Positions 27,285 to 37,712 of a stretch of 64,000 bases of DNA are shown here, one piece after another. Position numbers and translations under genes: made by a program. Origin of the DNA: Candidatus Saccharimonadales bacterium (lineage in GTDB: Bacteria; Patescibacteriota; Saccharimonadia; Saccharimonadales; JANWIN01); the NCBI GenBank assembly GCA_038231155.1, contig JBBRLY010000012.1, positions 645 through 64,644 on the forward strand, written 5' to 3'. Position 1 is the first letter of the stretch; every line of letters starts with the position of its first letter. The notes below the pieces were generated by a model. It made no database searches. It was given only the letters and a program-made list of their open reading frames with translations, and was not told the origin of the DNA.

Positions 27285-28757
27285 TTAGTGTACGTTACTA
27301 AGCTTGACCAGTTGTTTAAGATGATCTTTGGTATAAACGTTGAGCTTGGTAAGCCCACCATTTGACCAATATAAGGCTTGGCTATCACCAATTAGATAGG
27401 TTAAGATCCCGCCGCCCTGCGTAAACAATAAAATTAAAACTATAGATGAAAAAACTAAATAATTCTTGTGTTTTGACATCGATTTAACAATACTCAGACC
27501 TACAAAGAATATGAAAATTGGCAGAACTGGTAGTAAATAACGGCCGGTAATGGCGAGTGGCTGGCCATAAGTTATATAAGCACTATAGTTATAAGTTGCC
27601 AAAACTAGAACATATAAAGTCATAACTAACAGCAAAAACTTATTCTCGAGTGTTCTTAAAAATTCCCTTAAATAGAAAACAATTATTAATAGTCCTCCTA
27701 AAGCGGTTGTGTAATACAGTATTCTAAGTAGCGGTGAAGACATTTGAGCTGGCGGAATAATTGTCTGAGTGGTAATCATTCCAGGTATCCATTGTTCAAG
27801 TAAATAATTGTATGGATTTTGCGGCGAGAAATTAGCTGGTTTTTGAGCTTTGGCAATAATATTGCGGTTTTCGGTATAATTCTTTTGGCACCTTGTTTGA
27901 CTAATAAATCTGGTACAAGACGGGTTAACACTATGGTACTTAACAATATTCCAAACTGGCCTTTCTATAAATAAAGTTAGTGAAATTAATAAAAGTGCTA
28001 CTAAAGAAAGTTGTTTAACTAAAGTTAGACTTTGGTATGAAGTCTTTATATTCTTAAATGTCTGGGATTTATGTTTAGTCCACAAACAATAAAACAAGTA
28101 AATAGCAACTGGAGCAAAAAATGCCAAGAATTCAAACTTAATTTCACAGGCTAGTAGGCCAACCGATAAAAATATAACAATTTGTGAAACAGCTATCTTG
28201 CGATCTTTAATTATTATCAAGGCGTAAAGCAATGTTAAAGCTGATAGAGTAAAGACCGCATTATCGTAGTTGACGGCACCAGGCAAAATAGCAATTGCTG
28301 GAGTAAGTATGACAAATAAAAGTACCAAGTTAGCTAGGGCTTTTGGAGCACCAATTTTCATAAAAACTTTTCTATAAAGCACCAAGCCGAAAGTAAAAAT
28401 AGCTACATTAATTAATCTCAGCCAAATTATTTTAAAAGTATTAGAATGAGAAAATAAATCTATTAACCTAAGCGGCCAACTCATTAAATAGTAATAGAGG
28501 TATGACGGATTTCTGGTAACTTCACCCAAACTATCAAGCGAGACCGGTTGGTGGGAAATAAAAGGGCTTAAATGGTGAGCATAATAATTTATAAATCCAA
28601 TATGAATATTTTCATCAAAGATAGACAGTTTAAAACTCAGCGCATACCATAAACCTTGGAGTATAGACAAAACTAATACGCAATTAAAAAAGATATTGCT
28701 CGACAAAAGCTTATAGACTTTATTGGCCAGGTCCTTATAAAAACTGTTACTCGCCAT
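27285..28757 (-). CDS. GT-C-like polytopic glycosyltransferase (PMT/ArnT-like)
   Basis: 490 aa, ~12 TMs. The first external loop SIFDENIHIGFINYY resembles the PMT/GT39 loop-1 motif (FDEVHFGKF..YY). Confidence 0.6.
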   Translation of the reverse strand: MASNSFYKDLANKVYKLLSSNIFFNCVLVLSILQGLWYALSFKLSIFDENIHIGFINYYAHHLSPFISHQPVSLDSLGEVTRNPSYLYYYLMSWPLRLIDLFSHSNTFKIIWLRLINVAIFTFGLVLYRKVFMKIGAPKALANLVLLFVILTPAIAILPGAVNYDNAVFTLSALTLLYALIIIKDRKIAVSQIVIFLSVGLLACEIKFEFLAFFAPVAIYLFYCLWTKHKSQTFKNIKTSYQSLTLVKQLSLVALLLISLTLFIERPVWNIVKYHSVNPSCTRFISQTRCQKNYTENRNIIAKAQKPANFSPQNPYNYLLEQWIPGMITTQTIIPPAQMSSPLLRILYYTTALGGLLIIVFYLREFLRTLENKFLLLVMTLYVLVLATYNYSAYITYGQPLAITGRYLLPVLPIFIFFVGLSIVKSMSKHKNYLVFSSIVLILLFTQGGGILTYLIGDSQALYWSNGGLTKLNVYTKDHLKQLVKLSNVH

Positions 28758-28834
28758 ATTACATATTATATTTTGACATACTAATTAAAGACCGATCGCT
28801 TTACTTGTATTAAATGAATAAGAGACCTTTGTAT

Positions 28835-29554
28835 TTATTGAAGCAAACTAGCAAAGATAGTTTTAGCTGTTTGGACTTCCGGTTGGTTTAAAAAGTTCTG
28901 TTGTGTCACACCCGATTTTGTATTTATATCGTTATAACTTCCAGTAAATTTAAATAACAAGTTATCCCCAATAGCATTAATAACCGCACCGCAACCATAG
29001 TCATCGGGTTTCAGATTATCGGAATTAGTGCTCTCTAAGGAAAGTCCGCCAATCCCATTAAATACCAATTGATATTGAGTATTAAGTGGCACGTCCGTTG
29101 ATTTGACCGTATAAGTTGCACATAACCAATTCTGAACTGGTGGATTATGAGTCTTTTCTAGAACAAAGTTTAGCGCAAATCCATTTTGACCTGTAAAATT
29201 CACATCTTCAAGAAAATAGTTTGGTTTTGGGCCATTTATACCTGGCTCATTATTTACGTCTGACATTTTCACAGTCCAATTCTCCGGGTAAATAAATCCA
29301 ATGGTACTATGTGTTGATTGATAACTTAGCCAACCTGACGGTGGGTGGATTATCTGATTACAGTCAAGTGTTAATTCAGGCTCGGTAGCGCATTTTTGAA
29401 CAGTAATATTAGGCAATTTCTTAGGAGGAGTTACTTGACTAGACTGATCATGCCGATACCACACATATAATCCAATTGTTCCGATCAAAGCAAATATTAG
29501 AAGGACCATCAGAACTTCAAAAGTTGTAAAGCCTTTTAGCTTAAGCTTTTTCAT
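28835..29554 (-). CDS. prepilin-type (type IV pilin-like) protein
   Basis: 239 aa. Class III signal MKKLKLKG|FTTFEVLMVLLIFALIG with Glu at +5 after the predicted cleavage Gly. Confidence 0.75.
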   Translation of the reverse strand: MKKLKLKGFTTFEVLMVLLIFALIGTIGLYVWYRHDQSSQVTPPKKLPNITVQKCATEPELTLDCNQIIHPPSGWLSYQSTHSTIGFIYPENWTVKMSDVNNEPGINGPKPNYFLEDVNFTGQNGFALNFVLEKTHNPPVQNWLCATYTVKSTDVPLNTQYQLVFNGIGGLSLESTNSDNLKPDDYGCGAVINAIGDNLLFKFTGSYNDINTKSGVTQQNFLNQPEVQTAKTIFASLLQ

Positions 29555-29643
29555 AGATTAAGTTAATTATACATGCCAGGTTGTAATAATCTCAGTTATT
29601 CAACATTGGCTTTCTATCTGATGAACTATTATTGATATACTAA

Positions 29644-30647
<1,004 letters not shown>

Positions 30648-30648
<1 letters not shown>

Positions 30649-31217
30649 TGGCAGATCAAACAACTGAGTTTAAAGCTCGGCTTTCGGAGATACCGGGTCT
30701 AATTATCTTTGATATTACTTTCCCTTCGGATGAACGCGGCTATTTTCAGGAAAAATATCAAAAAGCTAAACTAGTTGCAGCTGGAATACCTGAAAGTTTT
30801 CAAGTTGTTCAAAATAATGTTTCATTCAATGAAGAACGTGGAGTAATTCGTGGCTTTCATGCCGAACCGTGGGAGAAATATATTTCAGTTATTAGAGGTA
30901 AAGTTTTTGCGGCTTATGTTGATCTTAGAAATGGCCCAACTTTTGGTAAGGTTGTGACTACAGAAATAGATAATTCCCGGTCGGTTTTTCTACCGCGCGG
31001 TGTAGCTAACTCATTTCAAACTCTGGAAGATGATACTTTATATTTCTATAGTACAAATGATCACTGGCGTGCTGACAACTACCATGAATACATGTTTGTA
31101 AATTTGGCAGATCCTGATATCCAAATAAATTGGCCAATTCAGCTGCAACAATCAATTATGTCTGACAGAGATAAACAGCATCCATTGCTAAAAGAGATTA
31201 AACCTATGGAAATTTAA
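30648..31217 (+). CDS. rfbC: dTDP-4-dehydrorhamnose 3,5-epimerase (RmlC-like cupin)
   Basis: 189 aa. RGFHAEPWEKY core. Position between rfbB and rfbD. Confidence 0.8.
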
Positions 31218-32072
31218 ATGGACGGCTCAGATATATTAATAATTGGTGCTAATGGGCAACTAGGTACAGCCCTCAAGCAAAAGTATCCGTATGCCAAAAG
31301 TGCTGATATTGAGGAACTAGATATTACTGACCAAAAATCAGTTGAAGATTTTGATTGGTCGGGCATTAACACGATTATTAATGCTGCCGCTTATACAAAT
31401 GTAGATGGAGCCGAAACATTAGATGGTAGGCGGACTGCTTGGTTAGTAAATGCAGTAGCAGTAAGTTATCTTCTTAAGGTAGCTGAAGCTAATAATATTA
31501 CTCTGGTTCATATATCGACTGACTACGTTTTTGATGGAACTAAAAGTCCTCACAACGAAAATGAAACATTTGCTCCGCTTAGTTCTTACGGTGCTTCCAA
31601 GGCAGCTGGTGATATTTTAATTAACGTCTCTCCAAAACATTATTTACTGAGAACTTCTTGGGTAATTGGTGAGGGGGGGAACTTTGTCCGAACTATGTTG
31701 AAACTTGGTCAAAAAAGTATAAATCCTAGTGTTGTGGCTGACCAAGTTGGAAGGTTAACTTTTACTTCCGAACTAGTTAAATCGATCAATCATTTATTAT
31801 CTAGTCAAAGTGAGTATGGTACTTATAATTTGTCAAACGATGGTGATCCAGTCAGTTGGGCAGAGATTACCCGTGAAATCTTTAAGTTAGCCAACCTGAG
31901 CAATAGGGTGACTGATATCACTTCAGATGAATATTATAAAGACAAGCCACAGGCGGCTGCCAGACCGCTAAATAGCACTCTGGATCTTACTAAAATTAAA
32001 GCTACTGGTTTAGCGCTTAACGATTGGCGTGATAACTTGGTAGCTTATATAAAAAAGGAGCTAAAAACATGA
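31218..32072 (+). CDS. rfbD: dTDP-4-dehydrorhamnose reductase
   Basis: 284 aa. [26 protein letters not shown]. Confidence 0.88.
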   Translation: MDGSDILIIGANGQLGTALKQKYPYAKSADIEELDITDQKSVEDFDWSGINTIINAAAYTNVDGAETLDGRRTAWLVNAVAVSYLLKVAEANNITLVHISTDYVFDGTKSPHNENETFAPLSSYGASKAAGDILINVSPKHYLLRTSWVIGEGGNFVRTMLKLGQKSINPSVVADQVGRLTFTSELVKSINHLLSSQSEYGTYNLSNDGDPVSWAEITREIFKLANLSNRVTDITSDEYYKDKPQAAARPLNSTLDLTKIKATGLALNDWRDNLVAYIKKELKT

Positions 32073-32929
32073 AAGGCATAATTCTTGCCGGAGGTTCTGG
32101 GACACGACTTTATCCGATTACTATGGCTGTTTCCAAACAATTGGTGCCAATTTATGATAAACCAATGATTTACTATCCCTTGAGTACACTTATGAGTGCT
32201 GGAATTCGGGAGATATTAATTATCTCTACCCCTCAAGATATGCCTCGATTTCAGCAACTACTTGGGGACGGCTCGCAAATTGGTTGTAACTTTAGTTACA
32301 AAGTACAAGAACAGCCCAGAGGTTTGGCTGATGCTTATATAATCGGAGCTGATTTTATTGGTCAAGATAAAGTAGCCATGATTTTAGGTGATAATATTTT
32401 TTACGGATCGCAAATAGAAAACAAACTAAATGAATACTCTGAAGTTGATGGTGCTGTTGGTTTTGCGGCACAAGTCAAATCTCCCCAGCGTTATGGTGTT
32501 TATGAATTCGACAATGATATGAAAGTAATATCGATTGTAGAAAAACCTGAGAATCCAAAATCTCATTATGCTAGTGCTGGATTATACTTTTGCGATAGTG
32601 AAGTTGTCCAAATTGCTAAGAATGTTCAACCAAGTGAGCGTGGTGAAATGGAAATAACCTCAGTTTTAACCGCTTATTTACAAAAAGGTAAGCTTAAAGT
32701 GTGCTTACTTGACCGAGGTACGGCTTGGTTAGATACCGGCACATTTGAATCGATGAATCAGGCATCACAATTCGTCCAAGTTATTGAGGAGCGACAAGGA
32801 CTTAAAATTGGCTGCATTGAGGAAGTTGCTTTTCGGCAGGGGTTTATTAATTCTCAACAACTAGAAAAGTTAGCTGAGCCACTCCGTAAAAGTGGTTATG
32901 GTAGATACTTAAGTCAGTTAATTACTTAA
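32069..32929 (+). CDS. rfbA: glucose-1-phosphate thymidylyltransferase
   Basis: 286 aa. [43 protein letters not shown] upstream. Confidence 0.92.
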   Translation: MKGIILAGGSGTRLYPITMAVSKQLVPIYDKPMIYYPLSTLMSAGIREILIISTPQDMPRFQQLLGDGSQIGCNFSYKVQEQPRGLADAYIIGADFIGQDKVAMILGDNIFYGSQIENKLNEYSEVDGAVGFAAQVKSPQRYGVYEFDNDMKVISIVEKPENPKSHYASAGLYFCDSEVVQIAKNVQPSERGEMEITSVLTAYLQKGKLKVCLLDRGTAWLDTGTFESMNQASQFVQVIEERQGLKIGCIEEVAFRQGFINSQQLEKLAEPLRKSGYGRYLSQLIT

Positions 32930-32931
32930 CC

Positions 32932-33801
32932 ATGATAAAGTGTTCAATCTGCTCTAAAAAGACCGCATCAGTGTATCGATACAACGTGAAATCGGTATAC
33001 AGTGCTAAAGCGTATGATGTAATGCATTGTAGTAATTGTGGTCATTTCTTCACAAATCCTACTTTCACTCAAGCTGAACTTGATGATATATATATCAATC
33101 GCTATTCATACGATGCACACGCATTGATTGAAAGTGAAAAACGTATGAGAGCCAAAAAGTATGCAAATTTTATCTCGAAGCTTAGAGGTGTGTCTTCGGT
33201 GCTTGAAGTAGGTTGTATGCATGGATTGCTACTAACCGAACTACAAAAAAAGGGACTAAAGGTTTCTGGTGTAGAACTAGATCCTGAGGCTGTAAAATAT
33301 TGTCAAGATCATAGGCTAAATGTAGAACAAAGCTCAGTTGAAGATCACCTTAAAAAAGCCAATAGCAAGCATGATGTCGTCATTATGAGCCATGTAATTG
33401 AGCATATCGTCTATCCCAAAAAGCAGCTGCAAGAACTTAACAAACGTCTGCCTAAACATGGAAAGATACTGCTGATTACACCGAATTCCAGAGCATTGAC
33501 AAGGAAATTGTTTGGGCGCTTTTGGGGCTATTGGCAAGTCCCTGTTCACGTTAATCATTTTAACGAACAATCCATGCATGAACTCTTAAAAGAAAGCGGT
33601 TTTAAAATAAGTCAAACAAAATACTATGGTGCAGACTCTTTATTTTTTTTGTCTACAATTGCCAATCTGCTTGGTGCAAGTAATGACACTAAGCAACTTT
33701 CAGGACTAAGAAAGTTTCTTGTTAAAATCTCGACTGTAATTCTGCGGCCCTGGTACTTCTTAGGTAGCGAAGATATGGTTGTGGTTGCCAGCAAGGTATA
33801 G
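32932..33801 (+). CDS. class I SAM-dependent methyltransferase with N-terminal Cys4 zinc ribbon
   Basis: 289 aa. CSIC...CSNCGHFF, then SAM motif VLEVGCMHG. Confidence 0.8.
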   Translation: MIKCSICSKKTASVYRYNVKSVYSAKAYDVMHCSNCGHFFTNPTFTQAELDDIYINRYSYDAHALIESEKRMRAKKYANFISKLRGVSSVLEVGCMHGLLLTELQKKGLKVSGVELDPEAVKYCQDHRLNVEQSSVEDHLKKANSKHDVVIMSHVIEHIVYPKKQLQELNKRLPKHGKILLITPNSRALTRKLFGRFWGYWQVPVHVNHFNEQSMHELLKESGFKISQTKYYGADSLFFLSTIANLLGASNDTKQLSGLRKFLVKISTVILRPWYFLGSEDMVVVASKV

Positions 33802-33804
33802 TTA

Positions 33805-34608
33805 ATGGTTAAAAGTAAAATTTTAGTATTCATTCCAGCTTATAACTGCGAGAAGCAGATTACACGTGTTCTTCAAGGATTTGATAAATCATTGCTAGAA
33901 CGTGTTAGCCAAGTTATTGTTATTGATGATCAGAGCAAAGACAAAACTGCAAAAGTTGCTTACGATTATGTCCAAAAACATTTTAATAATAAGAAGGTTA
34001 GGGTTGTTAAAAATGATCGTAATCTTGGCTTAGGCGGATCTCATAAAATGGCCTTTTTATATGGTGAGAGGCAGGAAATGGATTTTGTGGCTATATTACA
34101 TGGAGATAACCAGGCCAGAACTTCAGAATTACAAAATCTTTTGGACGAATCGGAAAAAAACCCTGAACTTGGAGCAATTTTAGGCTGCCGATTTATGAAC
34201 GGTTCAGTTTTAAAAGGTTATGATTGGAAGCGTATTTGGGGTAATCGTTTGATTAATGTTATCTATTCGCTGGTTGCTTTTAGAAAAAGTCTAGATATAG
34301 GTTCGGGCCTAAATCTTTTCCGTCTAAAAGACTTAAAAGACCACCGCTATCTGGGTTTTGATGATCGAATGACCTTTAATATCGACCTTTTATTGGACTA
34401 TTATAGGAAAAAAACTGCCTTAAAATTCATTCCAATTACCTGGGAAGAAGAGGATCAAGTCACTAACGCAAGAAATTTTGATGTAGCCAAACGAGCAATT
34501 ACGCAACTTATTGCCTGGCGATTTAATATGCTTTCATTGAATAAACATAGCCCTTTAGAATATACAAGTCGTCCGTACCGTCCAGTCATAAAGCAAAATG
34601 AAGATTGA
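33805..34608 (+). CDS. glycosyltransferase family 2
   Basis: 267 aa. VFIPAYNCE...VIDDQSKDKT, HGDNQ. Confidence 0.8.
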   Translation: MVKSKILVFIPAYNCEKQITRVLQGFDKSLLERVSQVIVIDDQSKDKTAKVAYDYVQKHFNNKKVRVVKNDRNLGLGGSHKMAFLYGERQEMDFVAILHGDNQARTSELQNLLDESEKNPELGAILGCRFMNGSVLKGYDWKRIWGNRLINVIYSLVAFRKSLDIGSGLNLFRLKDLKDHRYLGFDDRMTFNIDLLLDYYRKKTALKFIPITWEEEDQVTNARNFDVAKRAITQLIAWRFNMLSLNKHSPLEYTSRPYRPVIKQNED

Positions 34609-34611
34609 GCA

Positions 34612-35358
34612 ATGAGACCACTGCATATAGTTATGCCGATGGCTGGGTTTGGTTCCAGATATACCAAAGCCGGATTTAAAATCCCAAAGCCGCTTATTGA
34701 AGTTGATGGTCAGCCAATGTATTTAAAAGCCCTAACCAGCCTCAATAATATAAAGGCGAAGAAACTTTATACTGTCATAATCCGGAAAGAGCATGATATA
34801 AAGTACAGTCTAGCTCAATTGCTAAAATCTAATCTGCCGCAGGTAAATATAATAATTAGTGATGAAAAACCGATAGGCCCTGTGATTGATGCTTATCGAG
34901 CCAAAGAAATCACAAAGCCGAATGATGGCTTAATAGTTATGGACTGTGATCTTTGGTTTAGTAGTAAAGTATATAGTCTTATGGTTCAAAATTCATTGTG
35001 CAGAAAAAGTGATATTAGCGGAGGCTTATTAACATTTAAGTCTACCGATCCGCGTTACAGTTACGCTAAAATTGGTCTGGATCATTTAGTAATTAAGACA
35101 GCTGAAAAACAAGTAATTTCAAATAGCGCAATTACTGGTGCTTACTTTTTTGCTACAGCCCAATTATTTAATCAAGCTGCATCAAAGTTAATGGCTATGC
35201 CTCTGACTGACAAAATGCCGGAATACTACTTGTCTTTCCTGTACAATATTCTTATAAATGAAGGAAATAAAATCCAGTCAGCCTCGGTTGACGAGTATAT
35301 ATCGTTTGGCACGCCTGAAGAGCTTGCCATTTACCATAAAAAACAAACAAGCTCTTAA
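34612..35358 (+). CDS. sugar-phosphate nucleotidyltransferase (NTP_transferase fold)
   Basis: 248 aa. MPMAGFGSRY...KIPKPLIEVDGQPM signature (GxGxR...K). Confidence 0.75.
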   Translation: MRPLHIVMPMAGFGSRYTKAGFKIPKPLIEVDGQPMYLKALTSLNNIKAKKLYTVIIRKEHDIKYSLAQLLKSNLPQVNIIISDEKPIGPVIDAYRAKEITKPNDGLIVMDCDLWFSSKVYSLMVQNSLCRKSDISGGLLTFKSTDPRYSYAKIGLDHLVIKTAEKQVISNSAITGAYFFATAQLFNQAASKLMAMPLTDKMPEYYLSFLYNILINEGNKIQSASVDEYISFGTPEELAIYHKKQTSS

Positions 35359-37153
35359 TTTTCGAGACTATTACAAGATAAATATCTGGTTTTGGCTACG
35401 TTATTTGTTAATTTTAGCGTTAGCTAGTTATTTGTTTTACCGTCGTTTTCCTAACAACTACCAGCATCCCAACTTTTATGCTGAAGATGGTCAAGTATTT
35501 GCTAGAAATATTATAAATAACGGCTTTTTAAAAGCTATCGGTACAACCTTTAATGGCTACTATATATGGGGACTGTACATCTTAGAAAAAATTGGCATGG
35601 TAATCAATTTCATATTTTTCCATAATGAGTTTGCTAATCTAGCTAGGTCTTTTGCCATAGTGTCTTATATGTTTCTTGGATTTATTACAACTTTACCAAT
35701 TTTGCTGTTTAAAAACTACTTTAGACTAATGGCGATTAGCCTAATTGTATTACTTGGTTTGTTCGTGGCTATGCCCAATTATGACTATGCCATTATTGGT
35801 ACCATTGGAAATCTTAAATTTGCATTTATATATTTAGCTTTTTTGTTACTTGTTTATAGGCATTTAATGCCGGAGGGCTCAAAAATGGTTTACTTGGTAG
35901 ATTTTGGCTTACTTATATGCGCCAATACCAATATAACTGTTTATCCAATGATTTTATTTAGTCTGCTGCGTTATATTCCAAAGTTAAAAGGCAAAGAATT
36001 TTATAAAAGACTGTTTAGTGACAGAAGTTTTCAGAGCCTTTTGGTGCTTGGAGTAATATTACTACCACAACTTTATATAGTAAAAGCTCATGGTGTACCA
36101 GTACTTAAGGGATACTTGGATAGTGGTTATATCCAAAATCGTACGATTGAAATATTTTTATCGAGATCGTATTTGTTTGGCTTCTTATCACCTATAAATA
36201 AGTCATTAAACAACGTAGTTGTGATTATACTTATGGCAGCTTTGATAGGATTTGGCTGGTTTTATGCTGGCAGATATCGCAAAATCTTTATTTTTGGAAT
36301 AATAAGTGTCTTTTTAGCCAGCCTTCTTTTTGTAGTTAAACGAACGGGTGTCAGTTCGCTATTTAGCGGTTACAAAGACGGCGGACCAGATCAATTCTTC
36401 TACCCTCAGAATTGGATATTTGGTTTTGTCGTTAGTTTAGTTGTCGTTGAAATAGTCAATAAGCTAAAATTAGTTTCGTTGCGTATTTTAATTTATGGCT
36501 CAATCTTTGGGTTTATTATTTTTGGTCTTGCTCCTAAAGCTAGTAGCTATGGTAGTAATGATTCCATGAATCAAAATGTCGGAACAATTTATGCAGTTGG
36601 ACAAAAAGACTGTAATTCAAAACAATCATTTTTTAACCTCACTATTTACCCGACCACAAACATTCATTATGACGGCGTCAGTCGAAAAAAGCTTTGTACA
36701 AACTCGGTTGTTAATTACCGCCCCAATGTTGTTGGTTTTGGTCTGTTACCAGATAATAATCATTACATCCAAATCAGTGAAGTTAATATTTTTCAAACAT
36801 TCATTTCGCCAATAAATAATCTTTCAGGTATTTCAGTTTACTTTTCTACCTTTACCCATACTATTCATACTCCATATAATCTGATTCTTTATCGGGCGAA
36901 TTGCAGCGTTAAGCTAGCAGAAACTTCTATTCCAATTAACAATCTAAACGATAACGCTTTTTATACTGTAAGGATAGCCTCCATTGCCCATTCGGCAAAT
37001 GTTAAATATTGCTTTTCGATAAAACCTGAAGGTAGTAATCCAGATCCACTGGCTTTGCAACTCAGTAAACCTGATATTTATTTACAGGGTGACACTATTA
37101 ATAACAATCATATTACTAATCGAGATATCGTATTTTCTCTTTATTATAATTAA
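35258..37153 (+). CDS. large polytopic membrane protein (GT-C-like candidate) with a C-terminal soluble domain
   Basis: 631 aa, ~11-13 TMs, then ~190 aa non-hydrophobic. The only ATG upstream of the first TM (35258) overlaps the previous gene by 101 nt, so the start is uncertain. Confidence 0.6.
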   Translation: MKEIKSSQPRLTSIYRLARLKSLPFTIKNKQALNFRDYYKINIWFWLRYLLILALASYLFYRRFPNNYQHPNFYAEDGQVFARNIINNGFLKAIGTTFNGYYIWGLYILEKIGMVINFIFFHNEFANLARSFAIVSYMFLGFITTLPILLFKNYFRLMAISLIVLLGLFVAMPNYDYAIIGTIGNLKFAFIYLAFLLLVYRHLMPEGSKMVYLVDFGLLICANTNITVYPMILFSLLRYIPKLKGKEFYKRLFSDRSFQSLLVLGVILLPQLYIVKAHGVPVLKGYLDSGYIQNRTIEIFLSRSYLFGFLSPINKSLNNVVVIILMAALIGFGWFYAGRYRKIFIFGIISVFLASLLFVVKRTGVSSLFSGYKDGGPDQFFYPQNWIFGFVVSLVVVEIVNKLKLVSLRILIYGSIFGFIIFGLAPKASSYGSNDSMNQNVGTIYAVGQKDCNSKQSFFNLTIYPTTNIHYDGVSRKKLCTNSVVNYRPNVVGFGLLPDNNHYIQISEVNIFQTFISPINNLSGISVYFSTFTHTIHTPYNLILYRANCSVKLAETSIPINNLNDNAFYTVRIASIAHSANVKYCFSIKPEGSNPDPLALQLSKPDIYLQGDTINNNHITNRDIVFSLYYN

Positions 37154-37157
37154 CCAG

Positions 37158-37712
37158 ATGATTAAGTGTTTAATTTTTGATTTAGACGGTACGCTTTTTG
37201 ACTCGACCGAAGCAAATGTCAGAGCTTATAAACAAGCCTTTTTAGCATCAGGATTAAAATTTGATGAGGTAGCTTATCGTAAGTTATTCGGTTTACGTTA
37301 TTCTGAAATGATTCGTCAATTGGCACCTAAAGCTGATTTGAAAAAACATAAAAGAGTTAAATTGCTTAAGTCTGGATTTTACAAAGAAAACCTTAATCTG
37401 GTACGCAAAAATGATGGTTTGTTTGATCTGCTGGTAAGTGTTCAAGGAAAATTTAAAACAGCTTTAGTAACAACAGCAAGCAAACAAAATGTAACAAACT
37501 TACTGCGCTATTTTCATGTCAGGCAATCGCTTTTTAATATCATTGTCACCGGAGAAGATGTCATTAATGGAAAGCCTGACCCTGAATGTTATCTCATTAC
37601 TCTTCAAAAACTTGACCTCACAGCTGATGCTTGTTTAGTTTTTGAGGATAGTTTAGTGGGTATTGAAGCAGCCCGACTAGCCGGTATCCATGTGCTAAAG
37701 GTCTCTTTATGA
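37158..37712 (+). CDS. HAD-IA phosphatase (beta-phosphoglucomutase/phosphatase-like)
   Basis: Preferred start is ATG at 37158 (MIKCLIFDLDGTLFDS). DxDGT nucleophile motif, and later VFEDSLVGIEAA. Confidence 0.8.
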   Translation: MIKCLIFDLDGTLFDSTEANVRAYKQAFLASGLKFDEVAYRKLFGLRYSEMIRQLAPKADLKKHKRVKLLKSGFYKENLNLVRKNDGLFDLLVSVQGKFKTALVTTASKQNVTNLLRYFHVRQSLFNIIVTGEDVINGKPDPECYLITLQKLDLTADACLVFEDSLVGIEAARLAGIHVLKVSL

